Notes: a model not told the origin generated them from the letters alone. Shown: positions 25,631 through 38,480, counted from the stretch's first letter. The stretch is 64,000 nt of DNA from Eutreptiella sp. 'Long Island Sound 2002' (GCA_964036045.1 OZ038378.1:79608001-79672000); one strand, 5' to 3'. Made by a program: numbers and translations.

Positions 25631-25872
25631 ACAACAGCGCGACCCGCAATTTCTTTGAGGCGGAGTTCAAACGCCGGGTTGTTTGTGCCCTTCCTCCCCT
25701 TTGGGCCAATGTGGCCTCGTTGCCGGACGAGTGCTCGGTGTACTGCGTTTCGGACATCCACATGGAAATGAAGGGGAACCAGGAGTGGTTGGACGCATTG
25801 CCGGCCTGCAGGGAGCCTAACAGCGTGTTGCTGGTGGCTGGTGATGTGCACCACGACGTCTCAAAATTGAAG
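25631..25872 (+). CDS. Exon C of a calcineurin-like metallophosphoesterase (motifs I and II)
   Basis: Pyrimidine tract ctcttctcAG and donor AAG|GTATCT. YCVSDIHME...LLVAGDVHH gives the DxH and GD metal-binding motifs; no stops. Confidence 0.85.
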
Positions 25873-28800
25873 GTATCTCGTTGCGCATGCCTTGCAATGC
25901 TCTGATGTCTACTCATGCTCAAATCGCGAAGTTCACAACCAATGTATATCCCACAAACATGACGTACCGCGGTTGTATGTGCCACTTCACCTGTGGCTCC
26001 CTGTCAGCGTCTTTCTAGTCACAGACCTTCCTCTTCATTTCGCTGCTCCTTTGCTCTGAGATCTCCTTCCATGCTCCTCCGCCTTATCGCTGCTGTTGGT
26101 GGTGCCACAACAGAGACTGTAGTCAGGGTGTGGCAGGTCTGAAGAAGGCAGTGCCCTAAGACTCACTGATTTTGCTGTAGCAGCCAATGCTGATTCAGCA
26201 TTGTTCAGAATTTAGTGCCTGGTTGCCTGTGAGTTGGGCACCAGTACCAAACACCATTCAACTAAATGCAGCAAATCACTTCTTCATCATTCTTGCCCTG
26301 CTGCGGGCCCCTAGACAAGACTTCAGGATTCGGTAAGGTGTCGAATCATGCTGTCCTACTGAAAGGGGACGCGCCAAAGCAGGCCAGAAAGGTCGGATGC
26401 CTGGCTTCCTGATTTAACTCTCCATAACCCCATACTCCATATGTTGCCTGGGAGGGAATCCTGCTGCATGGTGCACACGGGGCATCTTTTGGGCACATTT
26501 TGTACTTCAGGGCATGTCATGTTGCTGTGCTGCAAAGAGGCACGGGAGAGAACGATATTCTGCTACATTTTACTTCACAGTTTGCAGACCACTCATGTTT
26601 TCTCCAAACATGCTTTTGCAGCACATGCGCTCCACTGGTGACGCTGTTGTTGTGCCCATTGTTGAGCCTTTGTCACATGAGAATGAGTTCCGGCACAACG
26701 CCTTGTATTACTGATTCTGAAACTGTGGGTTTTTTTTGTTCATGACCATGTTTTGTAGGTGCACGCTTCAAGTAAGGTTTCTCCTTGTGGGCCATTTGGG
26801 AGCATTCTATGGTAGGCTGCTTCTGGGGATAATAGCAGGGGACGCGCGGTGTGCGCGTTGGAATGTTGGGACAGGCTATTGCTCATTTGGGGAGAGCCGA
26901 GTGTGCATTCCGGGCCTAAGGCAGAGGCTGGGGAGGGGGGGGGATTCTGCGTACTGGAGGGTCCGTTGTGCGTGGGCGTCAACAACCGTCTTGCTCCATG
27001 CCGTTATCGTGCGTGTCGTGCGGATCACCGCACCGCCACAATAGTGTCATTATGCTGAAGTACAAGGGTCCTTCTGCAAGTAGGGGGGAGGGGGTAGTGC
27101 CACGTCGGTTGGTACCTCTGGGTGTAGGCTCTGTTTTTGACTTTTGAGCCCCTGACAGGCCCCTGGTCATAGCCTGGAGGTGACACGGACCCCCAACTTC
27201 AGAGAAACTGAAAATTGCATGTTCGGAGTCAGGGCAACAAGGTGGTTAGGCAATGCCATCATTTGTCTGCAATGCAGTAGCGCACGTTGTTTTGGTCATC
27301 ATTGCCACGTCCCTCCCCAAATGCCAATATCTACCAATCTTCTTGGAAGCGAGTTTCCTGGGCACCTGTCATGACATTTCAGAGTGACCGATGAATTATC
27401 GTGGTCAAATCAGCCTCCCCGCACTGTCATGTGAATGCGAATGCGAAGCAAACAACCGCCTTTCCCATGAGGTGAATAGCCTCGTCTGGACTAGCTGTCA
27501 AAAAGGCGCCGGGAAGGGGGGGCTTCGCGTCCACAGACCCTTCCCCCAATAGCACCATCTCAGCTTCACTGTCATTCATTCCGGGGGGCAACTGCATATG
27601 AAGCATTGCTGCTTCTGCATTGCCGGCGCCACAGAAGCAGCACTTGTGAGCAGACAAACAAGTGTCCATTTCATAACTACTCTTCCCCAATATCTTGGGA
27701 TAAGCGATTTAAACAATTTGCTTCGGTCAGTGTGCCCCTCTTTGGGCAAAGGGGGGGGGGCTCACACCTTTCCCCGCCGCCAGAAGCCCCCTTCCCTCAC
27801 TGGTTGCAAAGGACCCACGGATCACCATGCCCTCTCCCGGGGTCATCGGTGCAGAGTCCACAGATGCGGGGCTCTTTTTAGCAACTTGGCACCGCAGGGA
27901 TCTGGGGGGGTATACCCCCCACTCCACCACCCACACCGCCCTAACACACCCACGTGAACCGTGGGCCCGTGACCTTGCTGTGGTGTGGGGGGTCCGAATG
28001 ACGCTTGGCCATCGCAAACAGGACTGGAGGAGGGGATTCCAACAGCCAAAGAGGCTCTGTCCGCTTAAAGTTGCCCGAGAGTTGGTGCCATGGGGGCCTT
28101 GGTCTCCTTACATTGATCAACAGAAGGGGAGCATGAGGGGTCTGGTCTCTTCAAGTTGCCTACCAGGGACTGTATCCCCGCATCCCCTTCTCCTCTCCTT
28201 GTCCACCCCCTTCCCCCTGTACTTCGTCACCCTAGTGCCGTGTTTACCGAGCACCACCCATAGTGCATTGGCCCTAGTTGAGCCCCCTTTATGGGGGTGG
28301 GCTGGGTGAGGAGCCTTGGTTGCTGCAGACCAAGTAAGGCACCCCAATAGGGTGAGTGCATATTGTATATTGGCAGACTTGTTTCCGGTTCGTATACCAA
28401 AGAAGTTGTCTCCAGTCTCTATGTATGTGCGTGCATATGTATGTGTGTTTACAGAGACAGGGAGGTATATATGTATATATGGTTGGGCCCATAGTCATAG
28501 TCATAGTCATAACCACTTATCATGCCGTCTACTGGAGTTACCAGGCATCTCGCACCGACAGGTGGTTCCTGCCTTGCTCGATCCCGTGGGTCCCAGGGCT
28601 GCCTGAGGTGGCCCACAGCATGACGGAGGACCCAGAGGACCGGGGATACCGGCCAACCAGGCTTTGGGGGGAGTGGCAACTGCAGAGCTTTAGCATTAGC
28701 AACGGCGACGGGCGCTGGCCCGTTGGACCGCTGGGGGTAAAGGGCAAGGCGGGGCAATGCAGCTGCATAGCGACAAGCAGAAAGCAAGGGCGCCTCCTAT

Positions 28801-31800
28801 GGGTGCAATGCAGCAACCAAGGTACAAAGCAGCACGCATGCGGCGAAGCAAGAACAGGCCCCCTGTTCGACGCCCACTTCCGCCACCGTTGGGACGCACC
28901 TCACCTCAGACCCTGTGCATTCAGCAGCCAGCAGCGCACACACATACGTCCGTTGACACACAGCCAGGGTTTAGGGGGGCTCCAGCCTAGCCTGGCCCTC
29001 AGCCTTCATCGCCCCCTAGTCCTCCTTGAGTACGTCGCGAACCCAGCGTAGGCCCCCTCCAGTATTGTACAGAAGCATACGATAGTAATCCTTGGCCATC
29101 CGTAGCTTATAGCCGGACCCTTTGCAGATTGCCCCCACACCCCAGATATATACAGTGCCGGTATCCCTTGTCCGAGACCATGACCCGGGCGGCAACGTGG
29201 TACTTGTACATGCCCACATTTAATATACCACGAGGGTCCACAGGGGGGACGCCAGTCGCCCTGCGGCAGGAGAGGCACAACCCGTGAATATCGCTTGCTG
29301 GGACTCGGGCTGGTGGGTGCCGTAGCTTGATTATCGACCCCTTGTAGGGGTACCCACCAGAGGTTCGCCCCGGGCCGTGGTAACCAGGTGCACCTCATCT
29401 GGCCCACATACATTGCCCTGACGCTGTCTCTTGACCCTTACCTGCACTGGTTGGCCAGCTCCCGTGGTTGCGCCATCTCCGCCACAGCAGCGTCCAGGCC
29501 GCAGGTTCGGCATCCACATACAACGTGGCATGCCTACTTATAGCATTGGCCCGTGCCTCACCCCCTGGACCTCTCCTACGGTCTCCACAATACTTCACGA
29601 GCCCCCCAGGCATGCACCCCTAGGAGTATCTTGCGACCGATGCCACCAGGTAGGCTACACATATATAGACGGTGGCCGGAGACGCGGCGTTACGCCGCCG
29701 TGCCGCACCGCCGTCGGGCCGCACCGCCACACCGACATGTTGGCCCACTACTGTTGGCCCCCGCCTTTACCTGAAGACCGCCACCGCACGCACCGCCGTG
29801 ACTGCAAGCCGTGTGCCGAGGTCAGATGGTTAGGCTATGTACATGCCCGCAGGCGCCGCCCCTCCAGTTTGTTTATGGGGCCAGGGGATCTCCTAGTACT
29901 CCCCCTGAGTTGTTTAGGGGGTTAGTGGGACACCCCAGTACCGCCAGGCGTCGCCCGATGCTCCCACCATTCTGCTCCCCAATACCGCCGCGCGTCCCCC
30001 AGTACTCCCACCATACTGACCCCAGTACTGCCATGCCTACCCCTGTATCCCCAGTACACAGTCCCTAGCGCCGCCATGCATCTTCCAAGACTCCCACCAC
30101 ATCATCCCCCGTACCGCCATGTGTCCCCCAGTGCATCCACCCTACAGTCCACTGTACCGCCATGCTGTCCCCATCACCCTCACTACACCGTTTCCAGCAC
30201 CATCACACTCCCTCCACCATCCTCACCTTTCCGTTCTCAGGGCGCTCAAGCGGCTCTTCTACCCCCCCGTATCAAACTCGGGGCCAGGGGACGCCTCCTC
30301 ACCCGTACCATTCCCCTCTCGGGGCCATGGGCAGGCCTTGCGTCCCTTCGGCTAAATGAGGCGCCAGTCGCCGGTCGTTTCCCATCCAATTTACTGCAAC
30401 GCCGGTGGCGTTGCGGCTCCTTCTTGCCGTCTTGCGTTCTTGCCGACTCTGCAACCCCCGGAGTAACCCAAGGAATCACCCTCGTGGCTGCCGTAACCGG
30501 GCCGCCAGTAGAGACCCCGGTGCCATGGGAATACCCTACAGAGGTTTTGGCCTTATTACCCTGGTCGGGGCGACCCATGACATCCCACTATAGTATGCGG
30601 CGACCCGGGGCAAGCGGGCGAAGCTTCACATCTCCATTTGAACCCCCTGTGCGGGGGCAGTACGGCTCACTATAAGGCCGGCACGACTTGTCACATCGCG
30701 TTGGCCGTCACACTCTGTCTGCCATTGCCGCACGGCCAGGCCATGAGGAGACCACTTCCCATGAGCCGTTACCGCTGTTGTGCCAAGCGTACGGACGTCA
30801 GCAAGCACATCCACCCCCCCCACACCAGGTCAAGCAGCATCACCCCTGACTCTCACAGCCGCCTCGTCAGATCCACTGTGATGCCACAACCAAAGAATCC
30901 GCGAGTCACCGTCCAGAGCCGCCCACCACAGCAGGAGGGGTAGGGCCGCCGTCGGTTCATTGGGGCACCGCACCCCATCCAGCCAGACGCTCTTCAGGTT
31001 CCCCTGAATCGCCTTCCAAGCACTTGATGACATCTGCCCAGACTGACGTAGTGCCCACCTTGCTTTGGGCCACCCCCTACCGGCGAGCTCCCGACATGAC
31101 CCACAGAGCGGGGCAGAGGCACACTGATGCACCCAAACCGGTGCCGTCTCTCCGCACCCGCAGCACTGCAGCGGGAGCACCAACCGTGATGGGACGCAGC
31201 CGCCTCCACAACGCTGCGCCCACAGGTCCTGCCACACATCACTGCACGCCTTTTGGCGGCGAAGTAGCGCGCCTGCCAGCGCGCATGCGGTGGCACTATA
31301 AAGCAGGCTCCGCCTCGCCTCGGCCCATGTGGACACCGGGTCGAGAATTGGCCGTCCGCTCGACGTCGCCGAGAGGACGTCCAGGAGCCGGGGCCATCGC
31401 ACCACCCTGAGGTTTTGCGCACTGTTCGTTAGGAGATCCCATCCATAGTCATGTACGATCTCCCCCATGACATCAACCCCGTCAGTCCTGGGGCCCTGGC
31501 AGACGCAATTACCATGCGCTGTTCTCCCGACCTAGCCTTGACGACCGCCCCTAGGCCCAAGGCATCTAGCATGTGACGGGCGTCGGCAGCCACGTTGTCA
31601 TCTCCCTCCGGCAGAGATAACAGCACTTCCGTGACGTGGCCCTCCGCGTCGTCCCCCTTGATCCGTGCAAGTTGCTTGGACCCCACCAGTACGGCCATGG
31701 ACCGCTGCCCTGTTGTCGCTGGAATGACCCTCCGCAGTTGCCGGTCATACGGCCACATCGCCCCCACATCAAGCATGGTGGCCACCGCCAAAACTGGGAG

Positions 31801-32457
31801 GTTGCAAAGCGGTTGGTGGAGGACCGGCAGTACTTCATGGGGCCAGCCCGTTACGTTTCCAACAGCCGGATGGTCTGTGAACACCTGGAGCCAAGGTTGA
31901 CTCCTACCGTCACGGCTTCGTACCATGGTACCACGTACCGTGGCCCAGGACTGTGCAGACACCATACGGGACCGCTCCCGGAACACAGGATAATCCTGGA
32001 CCACCCAGGACTCGCTAAAGGCCTGTGCCACCGCCGCCATCCAATGGGGGAACGAGGACATGGCCTCGTCGTACGTGATGTGCGACCTGGATACCAACAA
32101 CGCATGCAGCGGCGCCCTTTGAAAGGTCGCCTGCAGGTTGCCGGGGAGGCCATCGTACGGGTTCCACGGCGGCAGCTGCCGGACTCTCCCCGCCGGCGGA
32201 CAAAAGGGGATGTCACCCCGTACTAACGCGTACACGGCCCTCCTTCGGTCTTGCATCGGTAGCTGCATGATCTGAGTGAGCCGATGGTTCCTCCGGGCGT
32301 ACACATCTTCTGCAATCTGGATCATGTCCTCCATGAACAGACTGGCCCTCGCTGAGCCCCGGGACGACACCACCCGCACCGCTGTGCAGAGCCGCTTCAG
32401 GTCCCCGGGGACGACGCCCGTCATGAGGGACTCCGTCCACCCGCAGCCGTGTTCTTT

Positions 32458-33372
32458 CTAGGCCAAGAATTCCATCGCCGTGTCCGCCAAGGGAAGCTCC
32501 GCAGTGAATTCCTCCACGCTCCCACACAGGAGCGGTGCCACCGCTTCGTCTCGCGCACACAGTAAGCACATGTGGCCAATGTCCTCCTCAGGCCCCCCAC
32601 AGAAGATACAGGAGTGGGCCGGGATCACCGTACGGGTGATTTTTTGCCGCCACCGCCGCATGACTTGCATGGTGGATAAGCGGCCATCACGCGCTCGTAG
32701 CAGGTTCCTGTGCGTAGGACCATGGAGCACCGCTCCCAGGGGTACCGCCTCACAGGCACCAGCCAACGGTGTATGGGCCCTAGTGCGTACTGCCAAGGAG
32801 CGCCACTCCATCTCTGTGACCTGTTGGAGGGCTTGCATGGTAGGTACATGCGGTTCGAGCTCCCCATCGTCCCTAGGCACCAAGAGGGTTGCATGCTCCT
32901 TGGGCAACAGGAGATGTACAAGCGGGGCTGTAGCGAAGTCCGGCTCTTCCAGCGGGACCGCCGCCAAGTGCGAGCTGTGCCACACTACCCAATGGTGCGG
33001 CCGCCCGATTCTTAGTGGCAGCCGCCGCAGCCCCTCCACAATCCAATTCAATGCATGCTGGTTGACTAGATGTGAGGGCGGCCCCTTGCTGCGGTATAGG
33101 GCCTCGTGTGCCCTGCGTAGATGGGCCTGAATGATGGAGGCATCCACTATGTGTACCGTGCCGTCCGACGGGGGGATGTGCAGCAGGTACGCCGCCGCCC
33201 CGATGATTTCCACCTCAAGAACCGTGCCACATATGGCTCCCGTCCACGTGGGGCTGCCATGGCTCGCCACTGCCACGTTGGTGGCCCCGTCTTCTTGGGG
33301 GGAAGCATCAGATGACGTGACCTTTGTCGCCGCCGGTACCCAGCCGTACCGGTGGGGTTGCAGCCACGCCAC
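32458..33372 (-). pseudogene. RNase H-like domain followed by a CCHC (zf-RVT-type) finger
   Basis: VTSSDAS / LEVEIIGAA / HIVDASII / WHSSHL...EPD give a D-E-D-(H)-D set; CIFCGGPEEDIGHMCLLC is the zinc finger. Confidence 0.7.
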
Positions 33373-34188
33373 GTCGGAGTGGGGGCTCTACACCAGCTTT
33401 CCCAGGGACTCCGCATTGGAGGTAGTCAGCTCAATGGATAGGGCAGCTTTCGGCCGATACACCGCATGTGGCTGCCAGGACACGTCGCACCCGGAAACAT
33501 ACTTGATGGCGTCAAGGGCCGTGGTATACTCCGCTCCCGACACCGCCGTGGAGTGGGAGAGCTGGGACACCACTACGGAGCCCTGTTCCACCGCCTTTCC
33601 GTCGCGCATCGATGTGACGGCCACGTGCGGATGGTGCGGCACGTTGACTATCTGGACCGCCTCCGGGACCGGGCACCCATGAGCATCCGGGACAGGGCAG
33701 GCTGGCAGCGGGAGGACGATTGCCCACTGGTCGCGCCCACACACCGCCTCACACACCCTGCGAAACACGGGCCCGCCATGCACGACCCACAGAGGCGGGG
33801 GGTCGATGCCGCCCCCGGTATGCGGTGTGAGCAGGGGGACCGACGCCGGATGGTCCCGTTGTCTGTGACCGTCGAAGACGTCTCCAAGCAGGAACATGGG
33901 GGCGGCCAGAGGCACAAACGGCATGGATGGCCCTAGGTTGTCCGGGTCCCGGCTGTCATACCTATACCCGCCTACCACATATGCATCACCTGCAGCGGAA
34001 TGCCTGGTGCGCTTGCTCGCCTTTTTGCGGCGCACCGGGTGTATCCGACGATGAGTCAGGGGACCGGGCATCCGCGGCCGGAAGACCTTTTGCAGTCCCG
34101 TGAACCATACGTGGTCCAGCTGGGTGGGCCCAACCCCCGTGTGAGGAAGGTGCAGATGGTCCTCGTGACATTCCCGTAGCTGAACGGC

Positions 34189-35900
34189 CTAGTGCCCAAG
34201 CTCGTGGCACGGGAGCCGCGCATGCAGAAGGTCATTCGTGGGATCCGCGAGGGACCGCACCGCTACATCCGTGCGGGGCCCGTACAGCACGCACATGTCC
34301 CTACCCTTGAATGTGTAGGATCTGGACGGCCATCGCCGCCCGGTCCATTGCACGTGCGGCAGGTGGGCGTGTACGCACGAGTACACCGACGACGGCATGA
34401 GGAGTCCCACTCCTGACGTCCCCATCGCTCGGAGCACCCTGTCAACCCACGTGTTCCCCGCATGTGTTGCGAACGACGTGGAGGGGACCAGTAATTGTCC
34501 GCATACACCGTAGTGCATGTGCAGATCTCGGTGCATGGCTCGCAGCTCACTCCGGACCACAGCCGATCGATGGTGCGTGAGTTGAGCCAAGGTCGCCACG
34601 ACGGAGTCACGGCATATGACCCGGACATCCGCCAGCCTAAGTCCGTGACCAGACTGCGCAGCCACGTTGGACAAGCCCTTGGGCAGGTTCTCGAACTGCA
34701 GGGCCGTAGCTTTGATGGCTGGATGCAATTTCACCACCGTTCCTGCCTCATCCGACAGGTACGGTGCCGCATACCGCACGATGCCGCCTACCACAGCCGC
34801 TATCACCTCATGGGGCACCAACACCGGCCCTAGCATCTTCTTGCACGAGCCTAAGAGAGCCTCGCATCGGAGTACATGTTTCTTCTTCATGGATGCCATC
34901 CCCTTCGAATCAAGGCGCAGGCCCCGGTAGGGTATCGTGCCTTTGGCCTTGAGGCAGACCCAGGGGGCTGCCGCATTGTTTGGGTTGTGGCACACCATGA
35001 TCGAGGGGATGCGAGTGGTAGTGGCATACACACACTTGCTGGCATTGAGGGACATGCCCATGTCCGCCAAGTACTGAGCGATCGCCAGTGCATACTCCAG
35101 GAATTGCGGCAAGGAGTGCGCTATGCGCTATTAGCAAGGCGTCGTCACAATACGCTTGTACCAGGGGTGGCACAGCGTGGTGGGCATCGCCTTGGGCTTT
35201 GCTGGCAAGGCTTCGCAAGGGGGCTCTAGGAGGAGGAGGTACAGCACGGCGCTTTCCGCACTGCCCTGCCGCAGGACTCGCCAGAGACGAATGCTCGGCG
35301 TGTGGCCGTGTGCAATGACAATGCGCACCGTGGAGCCGCAGCTGAGGGTATGGAAGAGTTTGATGAGCTCCTCCGGGACCCCCATGAGGCGCAGGCGAAG
35401 TGCCAGCGCCCCATGCGGGGCCCTGTCAAAAGCCTTGGAGACATCAAAGGCCAGGACATGATTCTCCTCTTGTCCTCGCTGCAGCCTGTGCTGGGCCAGG
35501 AACACCGGGGCCGCCGCCGTTGAGCCCGGCATGGCTCCAAATTGCCAGTCTGCGGCCAACCCCTTACGGGCTAGGTCTGTCGTGAACCAACTGATGAGGG
35601 GGGTCATTAGCATTCGCATGTCACCCTGCTCCGGGACCTCCGCACCACGCAGGATGACCCTGTAAGCGTGCACCAGGAGCCCTTGCACTGGTTCAAGCAG
35701 CTCCGCTATGAGAGCCGCCGTGACCCTATTGGACCCCGGCGCCTTGTCGTCCGCCACGGCCTGCTTCACGGCATCTTGTACTGATCTCCATTCTTCCGGT
35801 ACTCCCCGAGGGATGTGGGCCCATGACCAGCCGTTCGAAGGCCGGCAGGTTCACCAGCCTCTTGGCGTATAGTGCCTCCCAGTACCTCTAAACCTTTCTG
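34189..35900 (-). pseudogene. Non-LTR reverse transcriptase domain
   Basis: DKAPGSNRVT, WQFGAMPG, VLAFDVSKAFDRAPH, LRQGSAESAVLY, QAYCDDALL, then thumb region LNASKC...YRGLRL; frameshifted. Confidence 0.92.
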
Positions 35901-36479
35901 ATGACGTCCGAGGCCTCCATGAGCACTTTCTCCAACTCCTGGACACGCACTCACCACAGGCCCGAGGGGGCATAGTTAACCACGTTGATGGCACGCCCTG
36001 CACATGGGGCCCAAGAACCGGAGACATTCCCGAAGAACCCTGTAGCAGGCCGGGCCCCTGGACTGGTGCCTCCTCAGCAGGCGCGCAGTAACGACAACCC
36101 ATTCCATGCCCCCTTTGTCCACCCGAACATAGACCCAATCCTCCGCCCCTTCCAACACCACCAGCTTCCCCATGTCCGCCTTGCCCAACGTATTGGTGGG
36201 AGGCACGCCCTCCACGTGCAGCCACCGCCTGGCGTTCTCCTCCCACGGCTCGGGGGCATACAGCCGCTGCTGCTGCATCGCGTCCTTCACGTGCTACAGG
36301 GAGACCGTCATCACCATGGACATCCCCCCCTCCGCCGCAGCCATACACAGCAGGGCGTGCCGCATTCGCGCCTCGGGCAGCCCCACTTGGTGCGGGATGT
36401 CCGCCACCCCCAAAGGCGTGCAGTGCGCCGGAAGGGCATCCAGCACCGCGGCGGGCAACTCCCCAAGCAATGGAAGGCG

Positions 36480-37060
36480 CGCGATGGGCCCCATATCCCT
36501 ATTGAGGGTCACCGCCGCCACCGACCGCTTGTCCAACGTGGACAGGGAGTTGTCCTGCCTCGGCACCCGCAGGAGGGTACCAATTGTGGACATGAGGGCA
36601 CACACACCACAGTCCTTGTTGTTGCCGTCCGGCTGCTCCACCTGCGCCGCCCGGGCCATCGCCAACAGGTTCTCTGCACCCGGCCACACCGTCCTCTGGC
36701 CCCTTGGCGCCATGCGCACCGTCTGGACCGCCATGTCCCAGGTGTGCGGCCACTGGGCCGGGCTTCCCGCCACCGTAGGCTGCTCCAGCGGGTCCAACGT
36801 CAACTGCACGCTCGGGGCCAAGAGGTGGTGGGCGGTCCAGTGTCGCTTACTCGGCGTTTCCGACCGGCCGAGGTACACGACCTCCGCACCGCCAAGCTTG
36901 ACGTACTGCGCAATGAGAAGGGCGGCCGGAGTTTGGTAGTGCTTCTGGCCCTCCCACCCCTCCCTCGGGAGCATCATGGCGTGGGGGGCCAGGCACTACG
37001 CCATATTGGCGACTAGCGCGACCGTGTCGTCGCGGAGCTCCGCCGTGGGGTCCATCACAG
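36480..37060 (-). pseudogene. Ulp1/SENP-like (peptidase C48) cysteine protease domain in the retrotransposon
   Basis: ELRDDTVALVA (WL.D..I-like), KRHWTAHHLL (His), LTLDPLE (Asp), QVEQPDGNNKDCGVCAL (oxyanion Gln, DCG Cys), in clan-CE order and spacing. Confidence 0.75.
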
Positions 37061-37499
37061 TCATCGTCTCAAGGCCCTATGTGCCAGCCACATCAACCCA
37101 CCGGTCAAACAGTTAAGCCACGGTCCTTTGGCGGGAAATGTTCAATGTGTATAGTTGGTCGGATGGTGACTTTTTTACAAAAACCCTTGGAATTTCCTTG
37201 GGATTTAGCAAGCAATTGGGGATGCAAAGCTCGTGACGATTCCAAGCAATGTGCCAGAGCATTTTGGAAGCAATCCTCCTAGTATGTGCTTGGGTGAACT
37301 CCGACCGATCATCGGAAGCATTGCTTCCGACGTCGGAAGCGATCACCCCGACCAATTTTGGCAGCCTGGCTTCCGAAATCCCTAGGGATGGAAAAATATC
37401 AGAAGCATTTTTGGGAGGAATATTCCCAGCAGCGCTGACAATTAACCTGTAAAGATCGGAGGGCACGTGCCAGGCAACGCTGACAAAGATGCCCCGGTT

Positions 37500-38480
37500 C
37501 TCAGCATTCGATGCTGTGCCCGTAGGATACATGTGATGGGGCTTCCCGCGTTGCAACACCATTTGCTGCACCACCACGTGCACCCGGCTGTTCCGCTTCC
37601 GTTCCACATCCATCACCCTCACAATGCTCACCAGCATGCAGGCTCACCAACATCCCCAGCAACAGCCACCGGCTGCGTTCGCGGCGCTGCCGCAGCATGC
37701 GATGCCGGCTCCCCCAGCAGCGCCGGTGGGAGTGCCGACAGCGGGTACGTCGCATGCGCATGCGGCGCCCGCGCCCCCGACGGCTCGAGCCGTGCCAACA
37801 CCCATGGTGGGGCCAGGAGTGCTACAGGCGCCGCCGGCGCAGGTGCCACTGAGGGTGCCGTTCGCGGGGATGCAGCACGTGTCATGTGGCCTGGCGAGGC
37901 ATCAGCATTTGGGAGCCCCCAAGGGGACACCTCCCGTTGCTGCGGGAGGAGTGCCGCCAGCCGGACCACCTCCAACGGTGCCCCCGACATTGCCGGCTGA
38001 AGCGCATCCGGCCCCATAGGCACCCCTTGCGCCGCTGCCCCAGGCCGTGCCCGTGGAGGCACGGTACACTGAGGCACAGCAGTCGCGGCCGACCGAACTG
38101 ACTCCGGAACGGGCTGCGGCGAAACCGCGGGCGACGCCGGCACGCCCTGTGGTTCCTGGGGAGGCACTGCCGCAACCGACGGCACCAGTGCCCCCAGCCC
38201 AACCGACAGGGGCCCCTCCGGGGCCCGTGGGGACGGGAGCGGTGGTGACGAGTGGACTGGCCCCGGCGTACGGGGCCCCGCCCACACCGGCGGAGTGCCG
38301 GGACGCACCCCCGATGAGGGGGCTTCCAGCAACGGTGCAGGCGGTGCCTGTGGCACAGGGGGCAGCCGTGGCCCGCCCACCGGAAATCGGCGGGCTCCTT
38401 GCGCAGGCCCTGGAGGCGTACCGACGGGAAGCTGTGGGTGGCAAACGGGCGGGAACCAGCGGCGACCGGGACGGACGTTG
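37500..38480 (+). other. Pro/Ala/His-rich low-complexity coding stretch opposite in orientation to the adjacent LINE; possible gag-like ORF of a separate element
   Basis: ORFs 37624..38019 and 38047..38481 are in one frame separated by a single TAG; no diagnostic motif. Confidence 0.3.

Larger units (their letters stand above)
28491..37070 (-). mobile_element. Decayed non-LTR retrotransposon, about 8.6 kb: Ulp1-like protease, RT, RNase H, CCHC finger, long C-terminal extension, (TATGAC)n tail
   Basis: Continuous GC-rich minus-strand coding with scattered stops and frameshifts; domains listed separately; (ATAGTC)3 on the plus strand at 28491-28511 as a likely 3' tail. The 3' limit is inferred. 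Confidence 0.75.

Noticed and set aside
26760-26772. Possible micro-exon (ttttgtAG GTGCACGCTTCAA GTaagg), and another near 26315-26332, continuing the phosphoesterase
   Set aside because: Splice-like ends, but no join gave a convincing family sequence.
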